Shown here piece by piece: positions 17,289 to 27,518 of a stretch of DNA of 62,779 bases (position 1 is its first letter; each line of letters opens with the position of its first letter). The notes below the pieces were generated by a model. That model ran no database searches. It was not told the DNA's origin and was given only the letters and a program-made list of their open reading frames with translations. The position numbers and the translations under genes were made by a program. The stretch covers positions 1-62,779 of the forward strand of contig CBFDAH010000003.1 of assembly GCA_965602785.1 (NCBI GenBank), written 5' to 3'. This DNA is from an uncultured Syntrophobacterales bacterium. GTDB taxonomy: Bacteria > Desulfobacterota > Desulfobaccia > Desulfobaccales > 0-14-0-80-60-11.

Positions 17289-20200
17289 ATGAAAAATTTT
17301 CTTTTGATCAATCCCCGGTACGCCATACGCCATCCTCCCCTGGGACTGGGCTATCTGGCCAGTTATCTTAACGCTTACTATCCCCAGCGCTATCAGTTCC
17401 GGGTGGTGGACTACGCCTTCCAGGATGACCGGGACCTGGATGTGGCTCTCACCAGCTTTCGGCCCCATATCGTGGGCCTCACCGCCACCACCAACACCTT
17501 CCTGGAAGCTCGGCGCCTGGCCCAGTTTATCAAGGAGAGGCTCAACGTTCCCATCATCATCGGCGGGGTCCACATCACCGCAATTCCGGAAGACCTGCTC
17601 GACTCCCCCTTTGACATCGCGGTCCTGGGAGAAGGGGAAGAAACCCTGCTGGAATTGGCGCAATACTTCGACCAGACCGGGAAGCTGCCCAATGAGAACA
17701 TCCAGGGAGTGGCCTTTCAGGTGAACGGCAGGCTCGTCAAAACCCCGGAGAGGCCCCTGATCGCCGATCTGGACACCATACCTCCCCCTGACTATTCTCT
17801 CCTGGCCATGCGGGAGTTCTACACCCGGCCCAAAGCCCTGGCCCATGGTTTCTATGCCAAAGGCGCCAGCATGATGCCTTCCCGGGGCTGTCCCTACGGC
17901 AATTGCAGCTTCTGCGGCAGCAACCTGATGTGGCATCGCCGGGTGAGGTTCTTCTCACCCCGACGGGTCTTTGAAGAAATCAGCCATCTGATTAAGACCT
18001 ATGACTTGAACAGCATCATTTTTCTAGACGACAATTTCACCACCAAGAGAGATTTCCTAAAAGAATTGTCCGAGCTCATCGGCAACAGCGACTTTGCCGG
18101 TCACTTTAAATTTGACTGCGAGTCCATCGCCGAATTCCTGGATGATGAAAAAGCCCACTTATTAAAAAAAATGGGGTGCGAGCGCATCGAATTCGGCTTC
18201 GAATCCGGTAACCAGCGGGTCTTGTCCGCTTTGAAAAACACCCGGGCCAAATTGAGCCAAAGCGTCGAAGCCATCCAGATCTGCCACCGTCATGACCTTA
18301 AGGTGCTGGGTAATTTCATTTTCGGCTGGGCTGATGAAACCCCGGCGGAAATTAGTGAAACCTATGAATTTATTCAAAAAAACCCCATAGATTACGTGGC
18401 CTGGCATACCCTGGCCCCCTATCCGGGCACCAAGGCCTGGCGGCTCCTGGAGGAACGTTGCCACGCTGGCAGAGGCGATTTTCGCCGGCAAGACTATTAC
18501 AGTCTGGAGACCTGCAATTCCCCGCTCCTGCTAAACCCCTCTCTGGACCCCCGCCAGGCCATGGCGCTCTACCAATCCATGCGTCAGCAAGCTTACCTGA
18601 CCAATACCAACATCATCCACGACCTGGGTCTCACCGAACCTGAGAAACAGGAATTATGGGAGGCTTTCCGCCGCGACATGGAGAACCTGCAAATCAGCAA
18701 TCCTAAAATAGTCCAGACCCAACCCAATGAAAAGCCACAGACTTCCCCCAGGCCGTCTCCCCCTTCTCTGGCCTCCCAGTGCCGCGCTCTCGAACAGGAG
18801 CTGCCGGTGCCCAACCGGGAAATCATGGCGGAATTTGGACTCCTGGAAGGGCATCCCTGGGCGCACCATGCCAACTCGGAAGTGACGACCTACTATGCTT
18901 GCCTGTATGGCCTGGTTCAGTCCTTCAAGCCTAAAAGAATCCTGGAAATCGGCACCGGCTTCGGTCTGAGCGCCGCCGCCCTCCTCAAAGCCTGCGATCC
19001 TTTGGAAATCCTGGTAACCATGGATTTGGGGATTTTTGCCGAGAGCTACAAGTTCCCCGAAAACAATATCGCCTATGCTCGGTGCAAGCTCCATGAGTGG
19101 TGCACCCGACAGAATATTCCCACGGACCGGGTCAGGTTCTTCCAGGCCAATACCCAGCCTTCGGGCCAGACCGACAACGACCACCTGCCCTGCACCGCGC
19201 CTCACTGGCGGGGGATCCAGGAACTCCAGGACCTTCTGATCCCGGAGAGCTTCGACCTCCTGTTTGTGGACGGCAAACACACCGAGGACGGCCTGTACCA
19301 GGATATGAAGACCTTTTGGGAGTTCCTGCGCCCCGGAGGCCTTCTGGTGTGCGACGATTTGCACGACGAATCGTACCGGGATCTCTTCCCCTGGGCCGGT
19401 GAGACCGTGGCTTCTTTCGAACGCTTCACAGCCGAGTTCGCCGGTGACATTCAAGAGCATTTTGTGTGGGACTTCCCCCGAGTCCTCCCGGCTACCCATG
19501 CCGGGTTGCGTCCCTTCGGCCTCATTCGCAAAAAAGAGCAACCCGAGATGCCCAAAGAGTCGCAAGCAATTCGGACTCAAGCGCCTGATCTCAGCCCGGT
19601 AGTGGCAGCCCTGGCCCAAGCACAGCGCCGCCTGTATCTCCGGGACCAGACCCCGGCCTCTCTGGCGACCCTGATCAAGCTGGCGGAAGAGTTCCAACCC
19701 ACCCGCATCGTGGAGCTGGGGACATATATGGGCCTGTCCCTCAGGGCCTGGCTGGCAGCCCCAACTTCTGCCCGCCTCACGGCCATCGACCTCTCCTTTG
19801 CACCCCTGCGGGAAAGCCTGGCTCTGGCGCCGGCGGACCTCAGCCGGGTGACCCTCCTGGAGCAGGACATCTTGCAGACCGACTTCTCCCGGCTCTGGGG
19901 CAACGGGGACCGGGTCCTGCTTTACGTGGACGCCCACGACCAGCCCCAGGCGCCCCTCATGACCCACATCCTGAATAACGCTCTACCCGCTCTCCCCCCG
20001 GGGAGCCTGGTGGTGGTGGACGATGTATGGTACAGCCCCACGCCCCTGGACTCGAGCACCGTAAAGGATTTTTTCCGCTCGAAGGTGCTGCCGGAAATCG
20101 ATCCTCTGCAGTGCTTTGCGGGCCACTACGCCTCATACTGGCAGGGCGGGGCCTTTTTGGGGTTTGCCGAAGTCATCCCCTTGCTCACCTGGACCAACCA

Positions 20201-22652
20201 GCTACGCCTGAACCTCACGGTGCACCCGGAGGCGAAGCTGGTGTCCTTTGCCTGGCCATCGGATTCCTTACCTATTGGGGAGCCTGCAACTTCAGGGGCC
20301 TGGGAGACTGCCACCGGCACGATTTTTCACCATCCCGTGGAAAATTTCGCTCTAACCGCGGCCCACCGCCTCACCCTGGACCGGGAGGCGCTTACGGCCA
20401 TATCCTTGTTTCTTGAGGGAGGGGAACTTTTTGCCCAGGGAAGGATTCGGGAGGCCCTGAAACTTTTCACGGAAGCAGGGGACCTGTCCGCCGCTCTCGC
20501 CGGAGTCTGGTACGCTCAGGCAGTCTGCCTGGCCCGTCTGGGGGATCTGGAAACGGCAGCCCGCTGCCTTAAGCGAGAACTGGCCGGGTTCTTCCCCCAC
20601 CAAGAAGCCCGGCGCCTCCGGCACGACATCCAGCGTTGGCTCAGCGGCCCGGAACAGGCCAGTGAACCTCGGGACCTCCCCCAGGAGAACCCGCGTCTCA
20701 CCATCTTCGCCATCCCCAAGGCCTTCGAGGGGCACACCGGGGTTATTCAGGAAAACGCCCTAAAAAGCTGGACCCGGCTCGAGCCCCGGCCGGAAATCAT
20801 CTTGTTCGGGAATGACCCGGGGACTGCCGAAGTAGCCGGGGATTTACATCTGCGCCACGTTCCGGAAGTGGCCGTAACCGACCATGGCACGCCCCTGGTC
20901 AGCGACCTCTTCCGCCGGGCCGAAGCCCTGGCCTCCACCGATACCCTGGCTTACGTCAACGCCGATATCATCCTGACTCAGGATTTCCTAGACGCAGTGA
21001 GCCAGGTTCAAGAACGGTTTCCCCAGTTCCTGATGGTGGGGCAGCGCTGGGACCTGGATTTCACCGAGCCTGTGGATTTCGCCGACCCGGACTGGCAAGA
21101 GGCCCTTAAGGGTCGGGTGTCCCGGGAAGGCGTCCTCCATGCGGTCAGTGCTCTGGACTATTTTGTGTTCTCCCAGGGTCTGTGGCCGGAGATCCCCGAC
21201 CTCGCCCTGGGGCGCACCGCCTGGGACAACTGGCTGGTGGCCCAGCCCCTGGAGGCGGAAATCCCGGTGGTGGATGCCACCCCGGCAGTGTTGGCCGTGC
21301 ATCAGAACCATGATTACCAGCACGTTCAGGGGGGCGCGGACGCAGTTTGGAAGGGGAAGGAGGCCCGCCACAATCAGGAGATAGCCTGGGAGTCTCCCCT
21401 CCTGTGCTACAGTTCCCACGCGACCTGGGAGCTGACCCCCCAAGGCCTGAAAGCCCGGTTCCGGCAAGCTCAGGCGATGGCACAAGCCTGGGAAGGACTG
21501 GCGCTTATAACCAAAGAGGATTTTCGGGCTGCCCTGGCCACCTTCGACGAGATTTTCAAGCTCCTGCCCGAAGGCATTCCAGGTTTGCACTATGTCCGAG
21601 GTCTGGCTCTGGCCGGCCTGGGGCAAAGGGAGGAAGCCGTCCAGGCCCTTAAGGCCGAACTGGCCCCCCACCCCAGCCATCACCCGGCCAGAAAGTTCCT
21701 GGCCAGTCTGGGAAACGGCCGCCAAACCCGGCAGGCGGCCCCCGCTCAGGTAAAAATTGAGGGACCCCTCCCCGTGATCAGCGTGGTCATTCCCACCCAT
21801 AACCGGGCCCAGTACCTGGCTGAAGCCGTGGCCAGTGCTCTTTCTCAGGAGTTCCAGGACCTGGAGGTGGTGGTAGTGGACGACGGCGGCACCGACAATA
21901 CTCCCGAGGTCCTGGCTCAGGTGAACGATCCCCGCCTGCGCTATCTCCGAAAACCCAAGAGTAACGCCCCGGACACCCGCAACCACTGCATTAATGCAGC
22001 CCGGGGGGAATGGCTCTTGTGGCTGGATTCAGACGACATGCTTCTCCCCGGCTGGCTGGCCCGCCTGGGAAGCCTCCTCGAGGCCGGCGCCGAGGCTGAC
22101 GTCTATTACGGCAACCTGGAGGTGGTGGACGCCCAGGGGCGGCGACTGAACATCATCCGCTATGAGGATTTCGCCGGGAAAAATGAGCTTCTTCTGGCCC
22201 GCATGATCCACGGCAACCCCCTGCCCTTACCCGGCAGCCTGGTCCGCCGAGAGCTCCTGAGAGAAGTGGGCGGCTTTGACGTGGAATTCACCCGGGCCCA
22301 CGACTACGAACTCTGGACCCGCCTGGCCCCCGTGGCCCGTTTCCGGCATGTGCCTTTTCTGAGCGTCAAGTGGCGCTGGCACGACGCCAATATGTCCTCG
22401 GGATCGGTGAACCGGGACCTCTCCTTCGATGCCAAGGTGGTGAAGCGCCTCCTCACCCGCCACTCCTTGAAGGAGCTCTTTTTTGACCTTCCCTGGAACG
22501 ATTGGGCCCGGGCTCAGGCCCAGGCGGCCCAGCAGTTGGGCGAGATTTTTTCCCGCTATGGAGACCTGGAGGCCGCCCGGGAATGGCTTACGGAAAGCCG
22601 GGAGCTTCTCCCCACCGCGACCTCTGGGGCAGAACATGCTCCCAGCCTGTAA
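17289..22652 (+). CDS. 1787-aa multidomain enzyme: B12-binding radical SAM, two class I methyltransferases, TPR, GT-A-like domain, TPR, GT2
   Basis: PPLGLGYLAS/GGVHIT/GEGE and RGCPYGNCSFC; LEIGTGFG/FVDGKH; VELGTYMG/YVDAHD; YVNADII; VVIPTHN/VVDDG/LDSDD; Ala/Leu-rich TPR-like helices. Confidence 0.88.
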   Translation: MKNFLLINPRYAIRHPPLGLGYLASYLNAYYPQRYQFRVVDYAFQDDRDLDVALTSFRPHIVGLTATTNTFLEARRLAQFIKERLNVPIIIGGVHITAIPEDLLDSPFDIAVLGEGEETLLELAQYFDQTGKLPNENIQGVAFQVNGRLVKTPERPLIADLDTIPPPDYSLLAMREFYTRPKALAHGFYAKGASMMPSRGCPYGNCSFCGSNLMWHRRVRFFSPRRVFEEISHLIKTYDLNSIIFLDDNFTTKRDFLKELSELIGNSDFAGHFKFDCESIAEFLDDEKAHLLKKMGCERIEFGFESGNQRVLSALKNTRAKLSQSVEAIQICHRHDLKVLGNFIFGWADETPAEISETYEFIQKNPIDYVAWHTLAPYPGTKAWRLLEERCHAGRGDFRRQDYYSLETCNSPLLLNPSLDPRQAMALYQSMRQQAYLTNTNIIHDLGLTEPEKQELWEAFRRDMENLQISNPKIVQTQPNEKPQTSPRPSPPSLASQCRALEQELPVPNREIMAEFGLLEGHPWAHHANSEVTTYYACLYGLVQSFKPKRILEIGTGFGLSAAALLKACDPLEILVTMDLGIFAESYKFPENNIAYARCKLHEWCTRQNIPTDRVRFFQANTQPSGQTDNDHLPCTAPHWRGIQELQDLLIPESFDLLFVDGKHTEDGLYQDMKTFWEFLRPGGLLVCDDLHDESYRDLFPWAGETVASFERFTAEFAGDIQEHFVWDFPRVLPATHAGLRPFGLIRKKEQPEMPKESQAIRTQAPDLSPVVAALAQAQRRLYLRDQTPASLATLIKLAEEFQPTRIVELGTYMGLSLRAWLAAPTSARLTAIDLSFAPLRESLALAPADLSRVTLLEQDILQTDFSRLWGNGDRVLLYVDAHDQPQAPLMTHILNNALPALPPGSLVVVDDVWYSPTPLDSSTVKDFFRSKVLPEIDPLQCFAGHYASYWQGGAFLGFAEVIPLLTWTNQLRLNLTVHPEAKLVSFAWPSDSLPIGEPATSGAWETATGTIFHHPVENFALTAAHRLTLDREALTAISLFLEGGELFAQGRIREALKLFTEAGDLSAALAGVWYAQAVCLARLGDLETAARCLKRELAGFFPHQEARRLRHDIQRWLSGPEQASEPRDLPQENPRLTIFAIPKAFEGHTGVIQENALKSWTRLEPRPEIILFGNDPGTAEVAGDLHLRHVPEVAVTDHGTPLVSDLFRRAEALASTDTLAYVNADIILTQDFLDAVSQVQERFPQFLMVGQRWDLDFTEPVDFADPDWQEALKGRVSREGVLHAVSALDYFVFSQGLWPEIPDLALGRTAWDNWLVAQPLEAEIPVVDATPAVLAVHQNHDYQHVQGGADAVWKGKEARHNQEIAWESPLLCYSSHATWELTPQGLKARFRQAQAMAQAWEGLALITKEDFRAALATFDEIFKLLPEGIPGLHYVRGLALAGLGQREEAVQALKAELAPHPSHHPARKFLASLGNGRQTRQAAPAQVKIEGPLPVISVVIPTHNRAQYLAEAVASALSQEFQDLEVVVVDDGGTDNTPEVLAQVNDPRLRYLRKPKSNAPDTRNHCINAARGEWLLWLDSDDMLLPGWLARLGSLLEAGAEADVYYGNLEVVDAQGRRLNIIRYEDFAGKNELLLARMIHGNPLPLPGSLVRRELLREVGGFDVEFTRAHDYELWTRLAPVARFRHVPFLSVKWRWHDANMSSGSVNRDLSFDAKVVKRLLTRHSLKELFFDLPWNDWARAQAQAAQQLGEIFSRYGDLEAAREWLTESRELLPTATSGAEHAPSL

Positions 22653-25080
22653 GCTTCCGGAGCCCTGCCCCAAGGGCGCTCCTCTGCCGCCGGTGCAGGC
22701 ATCCTCTACAAAGCCCCTCAGAAGGCTCCGCGTGCTTCTGGTGTCCCACTGTCTGGTGGAAGATGCCCGGGCCGGGACGGAGAGCTACGTGTCCAGCCTG
22801 GGGAGAACCTTGGCGGATGAGGGGGTGGACATACTTTTCCTGGCCCCGGCAGGCCCTCCTTCCCTCGGCCGCCAGGAAAGTATTACCTGGCGGGAGATAC
22901 AGCTCGAGGGCCTGCCGTATTTACAGTTTGAGCGCCTCAACCTGAACTTTTTGGCGCTTGTGCGTCATGCCGGCTTCGAGGCGGCTTTTCACAATATCCT
23001 CCAGCAGCACCAGGTTGACCTGGTCCACTTCCACCACACCTACCTGAGCTCCATCTCCCTTCTCGAGGTGGCCTTGGACCAGGGGCTGCCGGTGGTCCTG
23101 ACCCTGCACGACGCCTGGCATCTCTGCCCCCTGCTGCACTGCATCAATGATCAGGGTTTCTGCGGCGGTCCCGAAGACCTCCAGAAATGCACCCTATGCC
23201 TCACGCCCTGGCTGGCTGAACAGACCCCGGAAGAACAGGGGGAACTCCTCCGCCACCTGACTCATCGCCGCCGTTATGTGCAGAGCCTCTTCTCCCGCTG
23301 CCGTCTGCTGGCTCCTTCCCGGTTCCTGCGCAACCTGCACTATCGGGCCGGGGTGGCCCCGGGACAGATCATCCACCTGCCCCTGGGCCTGGACGAACTG
23401 GGCCCGGCTTCCCAGGCCCCGCCCGAGAAGCCCCCCCGCTTTGTCTTCCTGGGCAACATCATCCCGGTGAAGCGGGTGGACCTGGCAGTGGCGGCCTTTA
23501 TCCCCCTGGCCGGCCAGGCGGTCCTGGAAATCTGGGGTGGGCTGCCTGCGGCCCAAGAGGAAGCCTTCCGGGAAAGCCTGGCCCCCTACCCCCACATCCG
23601 GTACCGGGGCCCCTACCGGCGAGAGGACCTGCCCCGCCTCCTGGCCGGGGCCGCGGCCACCGTCGTTCCCTCCGACTTCGAAAATTGCCCCCTGGTGGTG
23701 CGGGAGAGCCTCATGCTAGGCGTACCGGTCATCGCCTCTCGGGCCGGGGGCTTGCCCGAAATCATACGCCATGGGGAAAACGGCCTGCTCTTTTCCCCCG
23801 GAGACGCCGCGGCCCTCCGGCGCTCGGTGCGTCGTTTCCTCAACCACCCGGAACTGGGGGAGCGCCTGCGCCAGGGTATTTCCCCTGTGAAGACCATGAC
23901 CCAGGATGCCAGGGATGTGCTGGAAGTGTATCGCTCCTTTATAGATGCACCCTTCCGGTTCCTGTGTGCCGGTCCCACCCCCCAGACCCGGACCGAACCC
24001 GCGGCCGGACTGGCCTCCGTCATTATCCCCACGTACAACAACCTGGCCTTAACCCGGAGTTGCCTGAAATCCATCCAGGAACACACCTCCCCTGGCGCCT
24101 ATGAGATCATCGTGGTGGACAATGGCTCCACTGACGGGACTCCCGAATTTCTCCGGGAAATGGCAAGACTTGGCTTGGTGCGGGTTCTCCTGAACAACCA
24201 GAACCTGGGGTTTGGCAAGGCTTGCAATCAGGGAGCCCATGCCGCCCGGGGAGAGTTCCTGCTTTTTCTTAACAATGACACCGTGGTTACTCCCGGTTGG
24301 CTCGAGGAGCTGGTCCGCGGCGCCAGGGAAAATGCCCAGGTGGCTGCGGTGGGCGCCAAGCTTTTGTATCCCGACGACACCGTGCAACACGCCGGGGTGA
24401 GCATCGGTGACGAGAGAAAACTTTTTCATATTTATAAACATTTCCATAAAGATCACCCCGCGGTAAACAAGGAGCGGACCTTCCAATGCCTCACCGCCGC
24501 CTGCCTGTTGGTGAAAAGGAGGCTGTTCTTCCAGGTTGGCGGTTTTAACGAGGAATTTGAGAACGGTTACGAGGACGTGGATTTATGCTTGAATTTAGTC
24601 CACCAAGGCTTCCGGCTGCTCTATAATCCCCGGGCTGTGGTCTATCACCTGGAGAGCAAGACCCCAGGGAGGTTCGACCGGGAGGCCGAGAATTCCCGGC
24701 TGTTGGTCACGAGATGGCGCCAGGCGCTGGTTCCTGACTCCGACCACTACTTCCACGAAGACGGTATTTTCTTGGAGCATTTAAGAGAGCACGGCCAGGT
24801 GCTGGCCATCATGCACGACAGCAATGACAACCCCTTCTGGGAAGAAGCCAGGAGGCTAAAAAAGCAGGGCCGCGGCCAGGAAGCCCGGGAATGTTACCGG
24901 CAGGCCTGGAACTTTAACCCTTACGACGTGAGGCGGCAAGCCATCCTCCAGGAATGGGTGGAAGTCTTGGAAATTCTGGGAGAGCAGGACGAAGCCGCCA
25001 AGCTACGCGGTCATATGAGAAAAAACCCGCTGCCCCAGCGCCTGCCGACGGAAGGGGAACTCGAGGCGGCACCGCCATAA
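22636..25080 (+). CDS. Bifunctional glycosyltransferase, GT4 + GT2, with a TPR-like tail
   Basis: GT4 motifs VHFHH/TLHDAW and ENCPLVVRES; GT2 motifs VIIPTYN/VVDNGS/FLNND and YEDVD. Start uncertain (ATG 22636 or GTG 22693). Confidence 0.88.
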   Translation: MLPACKLPEPCPKGAPLPPVQASSTKPLRRLRVLLVSHCLVEDARAGTESYVSSLGRTLADEGVDILFLAPAGPPSLGRQESITWREIQLEGLPYLQFERLNLNFLALVRHAGFEAAFHNILQQHQVDLVHFHHTYLSSISLLEVALDQGLPVVLTLHDAWHLCPLLHCINDQGFCGGPEDLQKCTLCLTPWLAEQTPEEQGELLRHLTHRRRYVQSLFSRCRLLAPSRFLRNLHYRAGVAPGQIIHLPLGLDELGPASQAPPEKPPRFVFLGNIIPVKRVDLAVAAFIPLAGQAVLEIWGGLPAAQEEAFRESLAPYPHIRYRGPYRREDLPRLLAGAAATVVPSDFENCPLVVRESLMLGVPVIASRAGGLPEIIRHGENGLLFSPGDAAALRRSVRRFLNHPELGERLRQGISPVKTMTQDARDVLEVYRSFIDAPFRFLCAGPTPQTRTEPAAGLASVIIPTYNNLALTRSCLKSIQEHTSPGAYEIIVVDNGSTDGTPEFLREMARLGLVRVLLNNQNLGFGKACNQGAHAARGEFLLFLNNDTVVTPGWLEELVRGARENAQVAAVGAKLLYPDDTVQHAGVSIGDERKLFHIYKHFHKDHPAVNKERTFQCLTAACLLVKRRLFFQVGGFNEEFENGYEDVDLCLNLVHQGFRLLYNPRAVVYHLESKTPGRFDREAENSRLLVTRWRQALVPDSDHYFHEDGIFLEHLREHGQVLAIMHDSNDNPFWEEARRLKKQGRGQEARECYRQAWNFNPYDVRRQAILQEWVEVLEILGEQDEAAKLRGHMRKNPLPQRLPTEGELEAAPP

Positions 25081-25128
25081 AGGGGCCGCGCGGGATATAC
25101 CCCGAGTTGATCAGCCATCTCGAGCCAG

Positions 25129-25166
25129 AAAAAACAAGCCGGCCACCCCGCAGGGCAGCCGGCTTG
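25129..25166 (-). terminator. Rho-independent terminator of hppA
   Basis: CAAGCCGGC...GCCGGCTTG stem followed by T6 on the minus strand. Confidence 0.75.
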
Positions 25167-25194
25167 AGCATTTCAATGGAAAGGATTTTTCAGC

Positions 25195-27258
25195 TTACTT
25201 GACGAGCAAAGGCACGATCAAGAGGGCTACGATGTTCACCACCTTGATCATGGGGTTGATGGCGGGACCCGCGGTGTCTTTGTAGGGGTCGCCCACGGTG
25301 TCGCCGGTGACCGCCGCTTTGTGAGCGTCGGAGCCCTTGCCGCCGTAAATGCCGTCCTCAATATGTTTTTTGGCGTTGTCCCAGGCGCCGCCGCCGGAGG
25401 TCATGGCGATGGCCAGGAACAGACCCGTGACGATGGAGCCGATGAGCATACCGCCCAGGGCTACGGGGCCCAGACCAGGGGTGAAGCCCACGACGATGGG
25501 GGCCAGCACCGGAATGAGGGCCGGAACCATCATCTGGCGCAGGGCGCTCTTGGTGACGATGTCCACGCAGGTGCCATATTCAGGCTTGGCGGTGCCTTCC
25601 ATGATGCCGGGGATCTCCCGGAACTGGCGCCGGACTTCCTCGACCACGCCGCCCGCGGCCTTACCCACGGCCTCCATGCACATGGCGCCGAACATGTAGG
25701 GCAACAGACCGCCGATGAACAGGCCGGCCAGCACCCGGGGATCGGACAGCTCGAAGGTCAGCACGCCCGGGAAGGAGCGGGAGTACTCGGCAAAGAGTAC
25801 CAGAGCCGCAAGACCGGCGGAACCGATGGCGTAACCCTTGGTCACGGCCTTGGTGGTGTTCCCTACCGCATCCAGGGGGTCGGTGATGTCGCGGATTTCG
25901 TCAGGCAGCTCAGCCATTTCTGCGATACCACCGGCGTTGTCGGTGATGGGCCCGTAGGAGTCAATGGCCACCACAATACCGGTCATGGAGAGCATGGCCA
26001 CCGCGGTGAGGGCGATGGCATAGAGGCCGGTGCCTGGACTTGCGCTACCGCCGCCCAGTTTGTAAGCCGCCAGGATGGCTGCCACGATAACGAGCACCGG
26101 GAGGGCGGTGGCCTTCATGGAGATGGCCAGACCCTGAATGACGTTGGTGCCGTGGCCGGTGGTGGAGGCGAAGGCGATGGACTTCACCGGCTTGTAGCTC
26201 GTGGAGGTGTAATACTCGGTGATGGCCACGATGAGGCCGGTGAGAACCACGCCGATGACAGCCAGCAGGAAGACGTTAAAGGGCGGAATCACGAAGCCCG
26301 CCGCACCTTTCCCCACAGCTTTGGCAGCCACGCCGGCCATGAACTTGTTGGCCAGGAAATAGAAGGCGATGACCGCCAGAAGACCCGCGACGATGAGGCC
26401 CTTATAGAGAGCGCCCATGATGTACTCGGATTTCCCCAACCGCACAAAGAAGGTACCCACTACTGAGGCCAGGATGGAGACACCGCCGATGACGAGCGGG
26501 AAGATAATGGCTGGGGAGCCGGCACCGTAAATGGTGTAGGCCAGGAGCATGGCGGCCACCACGGTGACCACGTAGGTCTCATAGAGGTCAGCGGCCATAC
26601 CGGCGCAGTCACCCACGTTGTCGCCCACGTTATCCGCGATAACCGCGGGGTTCCGGGGATCGTCTTCGGGGATGCCGGCTTCCACCTTCCCCACCAGGTC
26701 GGCGCCCACATCCGCGGCCTTGGTGTAAATGCCGCCGCCCAACCGGGCAAACACCGACACCAGGGAGCACCCAAAACCCAGACCTATCAGGGCGTGCATG
26801 GCGACTTTGGGATCAACGGCCATGAGGAACTTGTAGTAACCGGCCACGGAAATCAGGGCCAGACCCACGACCAGAAGGCCGGTGACCGAACCGCCCCGGA
26901 AGGCCACCTTCAGGGCATGCGCCATGCTGGTGAAGGCCGCCTGGGCGGTGCGCACATTGGCCCGCACCGACACATACATGCCCACATAACCAGCCGTGGC
27001 GGAACCAATGGCGCCGATGAGAAAGCCAATGGCGGTGTATTTACCCAACCCGAAGAGAAGCACAAAAATGACCGCCCCTACCATGGCCACCGTTTTATAC
27101 TGACGGTTCAGAAAGGCGTTGGCGCCCTCTTTGACGGCGTCGGAGATTTCCTGCATCCGGGAGGAGCCGGGGTCCTGCTTCAACACCCAGGTGGTGGTGA
27201 ACAGCCCATAGGCTACGCCTACCAGACCACAAACCAAAGCAAAATTCATAATATCCAT
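25195..27258 (-). CDS. hppA: Membrane-bound H+-translocating pyrophosphatase, K+-independent type
   Basis: Motifs [26 protein letters not shown] and [10 protein letters not shown]. Confidence 0.95.
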   Translation of the reverse strand: MDIMNFALVCGLVGVAYGLFTTTWVLKQDPGSSRMQEISDAVKEGANAFLNRQYKTVAMVGAVIFVLLFGLGKYTAIGFLIGAIGSATAGYVGMYVSVRANVRTAQAAFTSMAHALKVAFRGGSVTGLLVVGLALISVAGYYKFLMAVDPKVAMHALIGLGFGCSLVSVFARLGGGIYTKAADVGADLVGKVEAGIPEDDPRNPAVIADNVGDNVGDCAGMAADLYETYVVTVVAAMLLAYTIYGAGSPAIIFPLVIGGVSILASVVGTFFVRLGKSEYIMGALYKGLIVAGLLAVIAFYFLANKFMAGVAAKAVGKGAAGFVIPPFNVFLLAVIGVVLTGLIVAITEYYTSTSYKPVKSIAFASTTGHGTNVIQGLAISMKATALPVLVIVAAILAAYKLGGGSASPGTGLYAIALTAVAMLSMTGIVVAIDSYGPITDNAGGIAEMAELPDEIRDITDPLDAVGNTTKAVTKGYAIGSAGLAALVLFAEYSRSFPGVLTFELSDPRVLAGLFIGGLLPYMFGAMCMEAVGKAAGGVVEEVRRQFREIPGIMEGTAKPEYGTCVDIVTKSALRQMMVPALIPVLAPIVVGFTPGLGPVALGGMLIGSIVTGLFLAIAMTSGGGAWDNAKKHIEDGIYGGKGSDAHKAAVTGDTVGDPYKDTAGPAINPMIKVVNIVALLIVPLLVK

Positions 27259-27518
27259 CCGCTACTACCCTCCTTTTGGATGATTGGATTTTCCTGTATA
27301 TCCTTAAAAATATTAGGCTCTTTCAGCCCTTAATGCCTGTCGCTCTCACCCCCTTTGCTCCCTTGGACGGGACCTTGCTGAACTTTTATTCCAAATAACA
27401 ATTCATACCTCATCTTCCCCACCCCTGTAAAGGAAAATTTTCACAAATCAATCCGGCTTCTTACCTTTCTTTGATTTTCTGCTCCCTGTCCCGGCGCGGC
27501 CCTCCAGGGCGGCGGTTT

